Notes: generated from the sequence alone by a model not told the origin. 64,000 bases of DNA from Marsupella aquatica (GCA_973895155.1 OZ316893.1:18135836-18199835); one strand, 5' to 3'; counted from the stretch's first letter, positions 1-11,800 are shown. Made by a program: numbers and translations.

Positions 1-950
1 TCCATCTTGACTTTCGTCTTCCCTCTCCTTCTGCCCTTCCTTTTCCTAGTTTTTTCTTCTTCAGAACTAGAAGATGACTCACTCTTGCTACTCCCACTAT
101 CCGAGCTTGACTTATCACTTCTAGACTTCTTGGAATGTTTCTTCTTCTTATCTTTTTTCTTATGGGGTGATCCCTCCTCTGATGAGGAACTCTCAGACTT
201 AAGCTGTTTCTTCCGGCTTGTGATATCTGCATTAATGTATAATTGAATATCCTTAATTGCTTCGGCTAAAGTCTCCGGGTTCTCCTTCCTAATTGCAAAA
301 CTCATCTTCTGTGGCAAAGCATTCACCAACCATTGAAGTTGCATACCTTCAGATGCATTGGTCTTTGTACGTCTTACCAGTTTCTGAAAGCGTTGCAAGA
401 ACTTCCTGAAGGATTTGTTCTCCTTGAACCGAAGTTGTCCCAACTTCAGCACTGCTAGTTCTGAAGTTCCAATGGGTCGAAACTCCTTAACAAAGAGTGT
501 TTTGAAGATATCCCAGATGGCTTGATCTTCCACATCTAATGCTCTGTACCAAGGCCTAGCCTCACCCTTGAACAGGCCGGGAAGAATCTGCATCTTGATG
601 GCCGATTCTCCATTTGCTGCAGCGGTTCCCTCGAAATCATCCAACCATTTGTCCGGATCCTCATCTCCTCTCCCATGAAATGCCTTGTAATGTATGCGCG
701 ACCGCTGGCTCAATCTGGTCCCTGGCCTCTCGTCTGGCCGTGCCTCTGGTTCCCCCATGTCGGTTGGAGACTCACTTCTCCTTACCGACTCTTCTTCTGG
801 TATGTCTTCTTCGATGCCACTTCCAGTTTCGGAGCTACCAGCTCTTTCTGCCCCTCTCAGTCGCTGTGTATCATGCCACCCGGCGAGCTGCTGCAGTCGA
901 GCTCTCTCCCGTTGAATCACTCTTTCTTCCCTCGGCGTAAGGTCAGTCAT
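1..950 (-). CDS. gag: Retrotransposon gag (partial, runs off the left edge) of the Tat/Athila-like gypsy element whose 5' LTR is 1020-5694
   Basis: Manual translation from ATG at 950 is open to the edge: MTDLTPREE...YKAFHGRGDEDPDKWLDDFE...LFKGEARPWYRAL...WDIFKTLFVKEF...QWLVNALP, a typical retrotransposon gag pattern. It lies directly downstream of the PBS. It is absent from the ORF track because no stop is in the window. Confidence 0.85.
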   Translation of the reverse strand, partial: MTDLTPREERVIQRERARLQQLAGWHDTQRLRGAERAGSSETGSGIEEDIPEEESVRRSESPTDMGEPEARPDERPGTRLSQRSRIHYKAFHGRGDEDPDKWLDDFEGTAAANGESAIKMQILPGLFKGEARPWYRALDVEDQAIWDIFKTLFVKEFRPIGTSELAVLKLGQLRFKENKSFRKFLQRFQKLVRRTKTNASEGMQLQWLVNALPQKMSFAIRKENPETLAEAIKDIQLYINADITSRKKQLKSESSSSEEGSPHKKKDKKKKHSKKSRSDKSSSDSGSSKSESSSSSEEEKTRKRKGRRRGKTKVKM

Positions 951-996
951 TACCTACGCTTCCGTTCTAACTTCATATCTCACGGCTTAAGAAATG

Positions 997-1015
997 CCCC
1001 CTCCATCTAGCGCCA
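997..1015 (-). promoter_or_regulatory. Primer binding site TGGCGCTAGATGGAGGGGG
   Basis: Starts with TGG, 4 nt (TTTT) after the ...CACCACA end of the LTR and just before gag. It resembles PBS motifs I recall from plant Tat-type gypsy elements; tRNA identity not verified. Confidence 0.8.
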
Positions 1016-1019
1016 AAAA

Positions 1020-4000
1020 TGTGGTGCGTCCCATGGCTCCCTAAACCCAAGAAACCCCCTAGCTCAAGCCGATTCCCGCAGGTTTCGTGCTTGGCGAGGC
1101 CGTTTCCGCGGCTTAGCGGCATGGGACGCTGCTAACCTTCTACTACTACTATTAACATTTTACACACATATACTGGACAGATCCTTCATCGGGTCATGAG
1201 ATACGTAGCCGGCCTAATATAGGCCTTCCCCTGTCTTCCCTTGTCTTCCTGTTAGGTATGTTTGGATTCCGCCGCCGGAATGATCCCCAATAGGCTTGGT
1301 TAAGCCGCTAAGACCTCTCTCAGCTCGACACATCCAACTCTCACTCCCCTGCTTACTTTCCTTCCTTCTGTTGATGTGGGCACTCTTCACACAAGTTAAT
1401 GCGACACACAAATAGCAAAATGACTCATTCTGACTGAGTCATACCATGCACTTGCCATACAAACAGTACATCTCATACACAAGTTCTGCGAACTAAGCCG
1501 TGAGGCCAACTCTATTCAGCTCTTAGGCATGAGGAAACATGAATATACACAAGGGTCACTGTATGACTAACCGAGAGCTTCTCGTACTACTTGATCCCAG
1601 CCCGGCTGGTGCAAACTAAAAACTTGCTAAAGAAGAGGCCCTGAGCTCCCCGCTGCCCAGGTACTTATCCTGGTAGTGGATCCGCCATTCTTTGCATCGT
1701 AAGCCTAATCTACCTGACAGTAATCTACTTGCCCGAATCTACCTATGTACAGCAAGGCAGGAGCACAAGTGTTGCTCCTACCAGTGGGACCGCAATCCCA
1801 CTAAGCTAAGTGTCAGGGCCGCTCCTGGTTCTGATCCTAATCCTAAACGTGGAGATCCGCGCCCGCCCTGCCCACTCACGCCTCCTCCCTCCACGTCCGC
1901 CCTCCCTAAAAGGAACGGCGCCCTTGCACCGTCACGACACCGGTGGTGGATCCTCAATGGACGCCCCCAACACTTCCTCCTCAGCCACTGCCGTTGGCCC
2001 GCCTACTGACAGATTACCTGCCCTTGACCGAGTCAACTCTCCATCGGCCTGACTGGGTCCACCTTCGGCTTCAGCCTCGACACCGGCCTCGGCAATACCC
2101 ACGGCTTCGGCCTCAGCCACTCCCACGGCTTCGGCTTCAGCCACTCCCTCGGCTTCGGCCTCAGCCACCCCCACGGCTTCGGCCTCCCCTTCCCCTAGGG
2201 TAGTTGGATCCTTAGCCGTGACCCTGTCTGGGGTCGGTGCTGGGTCTACCTCCTTGATCACCACGGCCTGTGAAGTCGTATTACTCCTTGACCCTGGAGG
2301 TTTCCGCTTCTTCTTTGTTGGTGGCTCGGCAGCTGGTCCCTTCCCCTTCCCACTTACTTCCGGCACTGGTGCAGTTGACGCGGCTTGTCCTTCGGCAATT
2401 ACCACCCCTGGTAACTGGTTTGTCCCAACGGGAGATGGACCTGCTGCAGCTAAGCATTTAAATACTGCGGTTTGTTTCTTCAGCCGCTCAGTTTGGTTGT
2501 CGGCCCGCCGCTGTAGGTTCTCCATCTTCCTCGTGATTTCCTCCAACTCCTCTTGGGTTTCATCCAGGTCCTTACGTGCCCCCTCCAGCTCGTTTTTGGC
2601 CTCCTCCTGCTCCCTGTGGGCTTCCTCCAATTCCTTCTTCAAGGTAGCCCTCTCCTCCTGGGTTGCTCTTAGCTCCTTGTCGAGCTCTGCAATGATGACA
2701 GACTCCATCTGGTTCATCTTGGCGTAAGTCTGTTCGAGCATCTCGTCCTTCTCCCTTAGGTCGGCCTTGAAGCTGGCCGTCAGGGACGCAAGCTCCTGCT
2801 GCAGCGCCATAATCCCTTGATAGGATTTCCCTAACTCGACCTCCTTCTGCTCAAGGGCTCCGCGGATTTTCTCGAGCTCCCCTTTCAACGCCCATTCCTT
2901 TCTTTGGGTCTCCGCCATGGCCCGGCTGTTGGCTGTTATGTGGGCCTCCTCTGTATTCTTCAGCTCTTGCTTCCACTTTTCCCTCTCTTTGATCGTGTCG
3001 GCCAACTCTTCCTGCGTCTGAGTCAGTTTATCCTTGATATTCTGATTATCAGCCTGCGCGGCGTCCAACTGCCCCTGCATGATGTTCAGCTCATGTCGTT
3101 TAATCCGCAGTTCATCTTGGGCTTTCTTGGCCGCCCTTAGATCTTCAATCTCGGCTCCCATCCTCCTAAGCCGCCGAATGACCTCGTCCTTCTTGCTTCT
3201 CTCTAAAGCCACCGCTTCTTCTAATTGGTGCTTCTCCAACTGCTCCCTATGGAAAAAGGGTCCTACCTCCAACTCCTCTCCAAAGATGCCGAGCGCAAGT
3301 TCCCCACACATCTCACCATACTCCATGGCTCTATTCTTAGCGTAGGTGGAGTAAGTAGAAGTGATCGGCATCGCCCATCGTGGCCTCTGCTCCCAAGCCG
3401 TCCTGCGGATCTCTTCAATCGTGGCTAGAGGTTTGCTTCCTTTTTCGGCTAGCCGCCTGATGTCCTCCGGCCAATCTCCTCCTGGTAAATCCTTTTCCTT
3501 AGCCAGGGCGGCCTCTTCCTCCTGCTTGATTCGCTCCTGAAATTCCTGCACCATCTGTTTTATGCCGTCGAAGCTCGGGGGAGCAACATCTGGTGGGGGA
3601 GACTCAGGGCTACTCTGCTGGTTGGGGTCCCCTCGCACTACCCTTGGAAGTGTGGGGACAAACCGACCACAGGTCCTTACTCCTGGAACGTGATGGTCCG
3701 ACCCATAGCCGGAATTATCATGGCTGCAGTCCTCCACTGCCTCCTCTACCTCTTGGACGTCCGGCTTCTCCCTCTCCTCTTCGTCGGTAGGAGCTTCAGG
3801 CAATTCTGCCTCAGATTCGGAGCTTGAGGTTCCCACGTACATTCGAACACCTGGCTTGGATTCCGGCCTGATTCTCTCCTTGTCTCCAGCAAAGGGGTTT
3901 TCTCTTGTGAGCCGGTGTAGGCCTACCTCTGTAGTAGTGTCCTGCATTGTTGCCGTTGCCGTTGTTGTTGCCGATGCCGATTTCTTTTCTTTCTCCAGTA

Positions 4001-5694
4001 GTTTCAGCAGACTCTGCATGCCTGGTTGCTGCATCGGCAAGTCTTCCTTCCTGGGCCTAAACACCTGCTCGATCGTAGGACTAACAGGTGGTTGAGGCTT
4101 CTCAGCCAACGGCCTCGGCGTTGGAGCTTCCTCGGGTGCCCTTACCTGCAGGGGAAGTACCGGGGCAAAAGTCTGACTTCTGGCATACCGGCACAACAGC
4201 GGCATGTGATAGCCAAGCCGCGACACGCTCCCCATGCCGATTACCTGCTGCTCCTCCTTTAAGATCTTCTTCAATTGGTTGAGGAGGTACCCGTTGTAGT
4301 CCCGGCTTGGGTCTGGCCTTTCTGCCAGATAGACCTGTGCCTTGCCGATCTCTGCCCTCGGTAAGTTACAATGCATGGTCACCCGCAAGAAGTCGATCAT
4401 CTCTCCTATGTGCGGGTTGGTGCAGGTGTTCCGGAAGAAGCCATTCTTCGTTGATGGCCCGGGGAACGACCGGAACTCCTTGTCAGGCAAGGTCTTCCTG
4501 GTATCAACTTTGGTCTTATTGCCTATCGGCAGGCCAAACACTTCGGCAATTACCTTGGGAGTAAGATAGAAATCCTTCCCATATATCCTCGTGCAATTGG
4601 TCTCGGGTTCCCATGACCCCACGAATTCTAATAGGTCTGACTCCGGTACCTCCGGCTTCAGCCATGGTAATCTTACAAAGGCCTCCAAGCCGGATCCGGC
4701 CATGAAGCCTTGGTACTTCTTGGTCTGCATGGCCGTAAAGCATGCATCCTCCTCCTGTGCAAAATGTAGTTGCACCTCCACCGGTAGGGTTGCCGCCCAG
4801 CCCTTCCAGGTGTCATCCCTGGTTGGAATGGCCTTGATGGGATCGACCTCCTCCTCTTCGGCTTCTCCCTGCCTCCTGCTCTGCTGCTCGGCTGGCTTCT
4901 TTGGTACCGCCGACCTCGTTCTTTTTGCCGGGGTGGCTTCATCGTTGACGGCTCCCTTCCTCTTCATCTCTGCTGCCGTGGAGGTTTCTCCTAGCACCGT
5001 TGCCTGGGTCCACCTTTCCGTGCTACCCTTTAATTCCCAGTGTATGTCGTTGCAGTTCTTGATGGCCTCTCGGATGCCGACGACGCTGTCTTTGCAAAAC
5101 AGAAGATCGTCGAGTTGATTGGAAGTAGGCGTCCACAGGAACTCATCCTTGATGAGTTCGCCTCCTAAGAAAGCCGTCTTCTGCAGCTCCCACAATCGAG
5201 CGAGCTCCTGCCGTTCTCGAGCTGCCCTTTCTGACTCCTCGTCCTCGTAAGTCTTGATGTACTCAGTTGCCCGTTCGAACAGGCATCCCCAGAAATGTGC
5301 CGCTTGATTGACGTTGCTCATACCCTCCTTAGGTTGATCGTCGGTATCTACTCTCTCCCCGAGTGCTTGCCTAAGCAGCTGACAGTAGTTGGCCTCCCGT
5401 AGTCGTCTGCCTAGTTCGTGCTCGCAAATGAGCCACCATCTCCTGCAAGCGCTCCTTACCCCTCTCCTCTGCCGGTCTTTCTTCCCGTTGATCCTTCCTA
5501 GCCGCCGACGCTTAACGCGCCCTAACCCTAATCGGGTTTTCACCCTTAGCCTTACCTCCGGCCTCTGCCCGGGTTCCATGGTTGCCCCTAATTGTTTATA
5601 TTTTCCTTGTTTTGTCACTATACTAAGGTGTTCCTAGGGTGCCTTCCTGCTTTACCCACTTAACCGGCCGAGTGATTCCTGTCTAGGCATCACA
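1020..5694 (-). mobile_element. 4675-bp 5' LTR (giant-LTR family 1) containing a long ORF
   Basis: Ends are TGTGATGC...GCACCACA (TG..CA, imperfect 8-bp inverted ends). PBS and gag follow. It is near-identical to 8885-13559. The right flank CTTTT resumes the gag/PR region of the methyltransferase gypsy element (compare 52921-52945). Confidence 0.9.
1932..5579 (-). CDS. LTR-encoded ~1215-aa protein: PMD/Athila-ORF-like segment, acidic/Pro-rich linker, long coiled coil, low-complexity tail
   Basis: Uninterrupted ORF (track 1932..5618; first ATG at 5579, alternative ATG at 5321). Contains the motif GLEAFVRLPW...LLEFVGSWEPETN...LTPKVIAEVFGLPIG and an E/K/L-rich heptad-like region. Intact in two copies. 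Confidence 0.8.
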   Translation of the reverse strand: MEPGQRPEVRLRVKTRLGLGRVKRRRLGRINGKKDRQRRGVRSACRRWWLICEHELGRRLREANYCQLLRQALGERVDTDDQPKEGMSNVNQAAHFWGCLFERATEYIKTYEDEESERAARERQELARLWELQKTAFLGGELIKDEFLWTPTSNQLDDLLFCKDSVVGIREAIKNCNDIHWELKGSTERWTQATVLGETSTAAEMKRKGAVNDEATPAKRTRSAVPKKPAEQQSRRQGEAEEEEVDPIKAIPTRDDTWKGWAATLPVEVQLHFAQEEDACFTAMQTKKYQGFMAGSGLEAFVRLPWLKPEVPESDLLEFVGSWEPETNCTRIYGKDFYLTPKVIAEVFGLPIGNKTKVDTRKTLPDKEFRSFPGPSTKNGFFRNTCTNPHIGEMIDFLRVTMHCNLPRAEIGKAQVYLAERPDPSRDYNGYLLNQLKKILKEEQQVIGMGSVSRLGYHMPLLCRYARSQTFAPVLPLQVRAPEEAPTPRPLAEKPQPPVSPTIEQVFRPRKEDLPMQQPGMQSLLKLLEKEKKSASATTTATATMQDTTTEVGLHRLTRENPFAGDKERIRPESKPGVRMYVGTSSSESEAELPEAPTDEEEREKPDVQEVEEAVEDCSHDNSGYGSDHHVPGVRTCGRFVPTLPRVVRGDPNQQSSPESPPPDVAPPSFDGIKQMVQEFQERIKQEEEAALAKEKDLPGGDWPEDIRRLAEKGSKPLATIEEIRRTAWEQRPRWAMPITSTYSTYAKNRAMEYGEMCGELALGIFGEELEVGPFFHREQLEKHQLEEAVALERSKKDEVIRRLRRMGAEIEDLRAAKKAQDELRIKRHELNIMQGQLDAAQADNQNIKDKLTQTQEELADTIKEREKWKQELKNTEEAHITANSRAMAETQRKEWALKGELEKIRGALEQKEVELGKSYQGIMALQQELASLTASFKADLREKDEMLEQTYAKMNQMESVIIAELDKELRATQEERATLKKELEEAHREQEEAKNELEGARKDLDETQEELEEITRKMENLQRRADNQTERLKKQTAVFKCLAAAGPSPVGTNQLPGVVIAEGQAASTAPVPEVSGKGKGPAAEPPTKKKRKPPGSRSNTTSQAVVIKEVDPAPTPDRVTAKDPTTLGEGEAEAVGVAEAEAEGVAEAEAVGVAEAEAVGIAEAGVEAEAEGGPSQADGELTRSRAGNLSVGGPTAVAEEEVLGASIEDPPPVS

Positions 5695-5729
5695 CTTTTA
5701 CATTGTCAGAGACAGTTTAGACTACCTCT

Positions 5730-6357
5730 ATGAACCCGGTTTGGACAAACCCTAGCGTGGGTAAGTTGGGAAAATCAGGTAGTGATGCAATAGAGATGAT
5801 AGGTACCCTACTGGGGGCGGCTACTGCCATAGTAAGCACCCCATTATTTTCAGCGATAGACATGCTGAACTTGGGAGTTGGTCCTGTAGAAGTGTTCAGA
5901 TTGGCAGCTACACTCTATGAGGACACTCCAATGATTGCTTCCCATGCAGAAGCAGCTTGTAGTGTTGAAGCAATGAAGACCATGCCACCTACTGCTACTA
6001 GTGAGACATGGCATGCAGCAGCAGCAAGGTTGGTGGATTTACCAGCATGCAGTCCTGCATTTGAGAGGACTAGGTTTAAACCTAGTGTTGTGTCATTGGA
6101 TAATCAGAGTGGTATCTTCCAATTAGTTGGGCCTTCTTGGGTAGTATACCAGCCAGAGAGAGTGTTACTGGATACTGGTGCTCAGCCCTTGATGTTGGGT
6201 AAGTCTGCCATACGTGGATTGGGATTGCGTCCAGAGGATTTGGAGAATTGTCCCTTTCCCATTCAGACTTCATTGGGGGGACCTACACCTACACAGCACA
6301 TTACTAGGAGACCTCTTGATTTGAGGATTCAGGAAGGTCATACCACAGATAGCTCAC
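5730..6357 (+). pseudogene. gag C-terminus / aspartic protease fragment of copy A
   Basis: Contains the aspartic protease motif VLLDTGAQP. Cut at 6358 by a solo-LTR insertion; the frame resumes at 15788. Confidence 0.85.
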
Positions 6358-8884
6358 TGTGATGCCTAACCAGGAATCACTAGGCCGGTTAAGTGGGAAA
6401 ATGGAAGTGTACCCTAGAAACACCTTAGTATAGTTACAAGAATGAGGAAAATATAAACAATTAAGGGTGACTATGGAACCCGGGCCGAGGCCGGAAGTAA
6501 GGACGCTGGGGGAGAGAATACGATTAGGGTTAGGGCGCACTAAGTGTCGGCGGCTAGGGGTAACCAATGGTAGGAAAGACCAGAGGAGGAGAGGGGTAAG
6601 GACAGCTCGCAAGGAATGGTGGCTCATTTGCAAGCACGAACTAGGCAGACGACTACAAGAGGCCAACTACTGTCAGCTGCTTAGACAAACACTCTGGGCG
6701 GGAGCAGATACCAACGAACGACTCAAGGAGGGTATGAGCAACGTCAATCAAGCGACACATTTTTGGGGATGCCTGTTCGAACGGGCAACTGAGTACATTG
6801 GGACTTACGAGGATGAAGAATCAGAGAGAGCAGCTCGAGAACGGCAGGAGCTAGCTCAACTATGGGAGCTGCAGAAATCTGCCTTCTTAGGAGGAGAATT
6901 CATCAAGGCCAAGTTCTTGTGGACTCCTATTGCCAATCAGCTTGACGACCTTCTGTTTTGCAAAAACAGGATCCTCGGCATTCGGAAAGCCATCAACCGC
7001 TACAACGACATACACTGGGAGTTGAAGGGTAGCACGGAGGGGTGGACAAAGGCAACCGTGCTAGGAGAAACATTCACGGCAGCCGAGATGAAGAGGAAAG
7101 GAAACAACAACGAAGAGGCCACCCCGGCAAAAAGAACGAGGTCGACGGCACCAAGGAAGCTAGTAGAGTAGGGAAGCAGGAGGTAGGCGGAAGCCGAAGA
7201 GGAGGAGGTTGATCCCATCAATGCCATTCCAACAAAGGATGACACCTGGAAAGGCTGGGCGGCGACCCTACCAGAAGAGGTGCAACTGCATTTTGCACGG
7301 GAGGAGGATGCATGCTTTACGGCCATGCAGACCAAGAAGTACCAAGGCTTCATGGCCGGATCCGACTTGGAAGCCTTCGTAAAATTACCATGGCTGAAGC
7401 CGGAGATGTCGGATTCAGACTTATTAGAATTTGTGGGATCATGGGAGCCCGAGACCAATTCCACAAGGGTGTATGGGAAGGATTTCTATTTCACTCCCCG
7501 GGTGATTGCCGAAGTGTTTGGCTTGCCAATGGGCAATAAGACCAAGGTAGAGACCAAGAAGACCTTGCCAGACAAGGAGTTCCGGTTGTTTCCAGGGCCA
7601 TTAACGAAGAATGGCTTCTTCCGGAACACCTGCACCAACCCGCACATCGGAGAGATGATCGATTTCTTGCGGGTGACCATGCATTGCAACTTGCCAAGGG
7701 CAAAGATCGGCAAGGCACAAGTCTACCTGGCAGAGAGGCCAGACCCAAGCCGGGACTACAATGGGTACCTCCTCAACCAACTGAAGAAGATCTTGAAGGA
7801 GGAACAACTGGTGATCGGCATGGGAAGTGTGTCCCGGCTTGGTTATCACATGCCGCTGTTGTGCCGGTATGCCCGAAGCCAGATATTTGCCCCGGTACTG
7901 CCCCTGTAGGCAAGGGCACTAGAGGAAGTTCCGGAACCGAGGCCGGCAATAGAGAAATCGACCCAGCCTGACAGTCCTACAATTGAGCAGGTGTTTAGGC
8001 CGAGGAAGGAGGACTTGCCGATGCAGCAACCAGGCATGCTGAAATTGCTGGAGAAGGAAAGAAGAACGGCAACGGCAATGGGGCTAGCATAGAATACTGC
8101 TTCCAAAGTCGGCCTTAGCCAACTTACCAGGGAAAACCCCTTTACCGGGGCCAAGGAGAGAAGGAGGTCGGAACACAAGCCAGGAGTCCGAATGTATGTA
8201 GGAGCTTCAAGTCCCGAAGCCGAGGAGAAGTAGCCCGAGGCCCCTGGTCACGACAGGGAGAAGATGAGATCAACGTGGAAGTCGGAGGATCCAGAACCCG
8301 TGATCTGTGGGGTTGTGTTCACGGCAGGACCAGGAGAACAGAGGGGGAAGCCGGGAGTCCAAGCAGTGGAGGAGGTGGTGGAGGACTACAACAATGGTAA
8401 CTCCGGCTATGGGTCGGATCATCATGTTCCAGGAATAAGGACTTGTGGCAGGTTCATCCCCACTCTTCCAAGAGTAATTCGAGGGGACCCCACCCAACAG
8501 AGCAGCCCCGAGTCCCCCCCACCAGATGTCGCTCCCCCGAGTTTTGACGGCATAAGACAGACGGCACAGGAGTTTCAAGAGCGACTCAGAGAGGAAGAGA
8601 AGGCAGCCCTGGCTAGGGAGAAAGATTTACCAAGAGGAGACTGGCCGGAGGACATCAGGCGGCTTGCCAAAAAAAGAAGCAACCCTCTTGCCACCATAGA
8701 AGAAATCCGCAAGGCGGCTTGGGAACAGAGGCCGAGGTGGTTGATGCCGATGACTTCTTCTTACTCCACCTATGCTAAAGATAGAGCCATGGAGTACGGG
8801 GAGATGTGTGGGGAACTTGCGCTCAGCATCTTTGGGGAGGAGTTGGAGCAGGGACCCTTTTTCCAAAGGGAGATATTGGAGAAG

Positions 8885-11800
8885 TGTGGTGCGTCCCATG
8901 GCTCCCTAAACCCAAGAAACCCCCCAGCTCAAGCCGATTCCCGCAGGTTTCGTGCTTGGCGAGGCCGTTTCCGCGGCTTAGCGGCATGGGACGCTGCTAA
9001 CCTTCTACTACTACTATTAACATTTTACACACATATACTGGACAGATCCTTCATCGGGTCATGAGATACGTAGCCGGCCTAATATAGGCCTTCCCCTGTC
9101 TTCCCTTGTCTTCCTGTTAGGTATGTTTGGATTCCGCCGCCGGAATGATCCCCAATAGGCTTGGTTAAGCCGCTAAGACCTCTCTCAGCTCGACACATCC
9201 AACTCTCACTCCCCTGCTTACTTTCCTTCCTTCTGTTGATGTGGGCACTCTTCACACAAGTTAATGCGACACACAAATAGCAAAATGACTCATTCTGACT
9301 GAGTCATACCATGCACTTGCCATACAAACAGTACATCTCATACACAAGTTCTGCGAACTAAGCCGTGAGGCCAACTCTATTCAGCTCTTAGGCATGAGGA
9401 AACATGAATATACACAAGGGTCACTGTATGACTAACCGAGAGCTTCTCGTACTACTTGATCCCAGCCCGGCTGGTGCAAACTAAAAACTTGCTAAAGAAG
9501 AGGCCCTGAGCTCCCCGCTGCCCAGGTACTTATCCTGGTAGTGGATTCGCCATTCTTTGCATCGTAAGCCTAATCTACTTAACAGTAATCTACTTGCCCG
9601 AATCTACCTATGTACAGCAAGGCAGGAGCACAAGTGTTGCTCCTACCAGTGGGACCGCAATCCCACTAAGCTAAGTGTCAGGGCCGCTCCTGGTTCTGAT
9701 CCTAATCCTAAACGTGGAGATCCGTGCCCGCCCTGCCCACTCACGCCTCCTCCCTCCACGTCCGCCCTCCCTAAAAGGAACGGCGCCCTTGCACCGTCAC
9801 GACACCGGTGGTGGATCCTCAATGGACGCCCCCAACACTTCCTCCTCAGCCACTGCCGTTGGCCCGCCTACTGACAGATTACCTGCCATTGACCGAGTCA
9901 ACTCTCCATCGGCCTGACTGGGTCCACCTTCGGCTTCAGCCTCGACACCGGCCTCGGCAATACCCACGGCTTCGGCTTCAGCCACCCCCACGGCTTCGGC
10001 TTCAGCCACTCCCACGGCTTCGGCTTCAGCCACTCCCACGGCTTCGGCTTCCCCTTCCCCTAGGGTAGTTGGATCCTTAGCCGTGACCCTGTCTGGGGTT
10101 GGTGCTGGGTCTACCTCCTTGATCACCACGGCCTGTGAAGTCGTATTACTCCTTGACCCTGAAGGTTTCCGCTTCTTCTTCGTTGGTGGCTCGGCAGCTG
10201 GTCCCTTCCCCTTCCCACTTACCTCCGGCACTGGTGCAGGTGGCGCGGCTTGTCCTTCGGCAATTACCACCCCTGGTAACTGGTTTGTCCCAACAGGAGA
10301 TGGACCTGCTGCAGCTAAGCATTTAAATACTGCGGCTTGTTTCTTCAGCCGCTCTGTTTGGTTGTCGGCCCGCCGCTGTAGGTTCTCCATCTTCCTCGTG
10401 ATTTCCTCCAACTCCTCTTGGGTTTCATCCAGGTCCTTACGTGCCCCCTCCAGCTCGTTTTTGGCCTCCTCCTGCTCCCTGTGGGCTTCCTCCAATTCCT
10501 TCTTCAAGGTAGCCTTCTCCTCCTGGGTTGCTCTTAGCTCCTTGTCGAGCTCTGCAATGATGACAGACTCCATCTGGTTCATCTTGGCGTAAGTCTGTTC
10601 AAGCATCTCGTCCTTCTCCCTTAGGTCGGCCTTGAAGCTGGCCGTCAGGGACGCAAGCTCCTGCTGCAGCGCCATAATCCCTTGATAGGATTTCCCTAAC
10701 TCGACCTCCTTCTGCTCAAGGGCTCCGCGGATTTTCTCGAGCTCCCCTTTCAACGCCCATTCCTTTCTTTGGGTCTCTGCCATGGCCCGGCTGTTGGCTG
10801 TTATGTGGGCCTCCTCTGTATTCTTCAGCTCTTGCTTCCACTTTTCCCTTTCTTTGATCGTGTCGGCCAACTCTTCCTGCGTCTGAGTCAGTTTATCCTT
10901 GATATTCTGATTATCAGCCTGCGCGGCGTCCAACTGCCCCTGCATGATGTTCAGCTCATGTCGTTTAATCCGCAGTTCATCTTGGGCTTTCTTGGCCGCC
11001 CTTAGATCTTCAATCTCGGCTTCCATCCTCCTAAGCCGCCGAATGACCTCGTCCTTCTTGCTTCTCTCTAAAGCCACCGCTTCTTCTAATTGGTGCTTCT
11101 CCAACTGCTCCCTATGGAAAAAGGGTCCTACCTCCAACTCCTCTCCAAAGATGCCGAGCGCAAGTTCCCCACACATCTCACCATACTCCATGGCTCTATT
11201 CTTAGCGTAGGTGGAGTAAGTAGAAGTGATCGGCATCGCCCATCGTGGCCTCTGCTCCCAAGCCGTCCTGCGGATCTCTTCAATCGTGGCTAGAGGTTTG
11301 CTTCCTTTTTCGGCTAGCCGCCTGATGTCCTCCGGCCAATCTCCTCCTGGTAAATCCTTTTCCTTAGCCAGGGCGGCCTCTTCCTCCTGCTTGATTCGCT
11401 CCTGAAATTCCTGCACCGTCTGTTTTATGCCGTCGAAGCTCGGGGGAGCAACATCTGGTGGGGGAGACTCAGGGCTACTCTGCTGGTTGGGGTCCCCTCG
11501 CACTACCCTTGGAAGTGTGGGGACAAACCGGCCACAGGTCCTTACTCCTGGAACGTGATGGTCCGACCCATAGCCGGAATTATCATGGCTGCAGTCCTCC
11601 ACTGCCTCCTCTACCTCTTGGACGTCCGGCTTCTCCCTCTCCTCTTCGTTGGTAGGAGCTTCAGGCAATTCTGCCTCAGATTCGGAGCTTGAGGTTCCCA
11701 CGTACATTCGAACACCTGGCTTGGATTCCGGCCTGATTCTCTCCTTGTCTCCAGCAAAGGGGTTTTCTCTTGTGAGCCGGTGTAGGCCTACCTCTGTAGT

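Noticed and set aside
1420-1442. ATGACTCA...TGAGTCAT inverted bZIP-like motif in the LTR
   Set aside because: Not preserved in the older subfamily copies; too short to support a claim.
2218-5118. Numerous 60-175 aa antisense ORFs over TE coding regions
   Set aside because: Shadows of the long sense ORFs, with no recognisable motifs.
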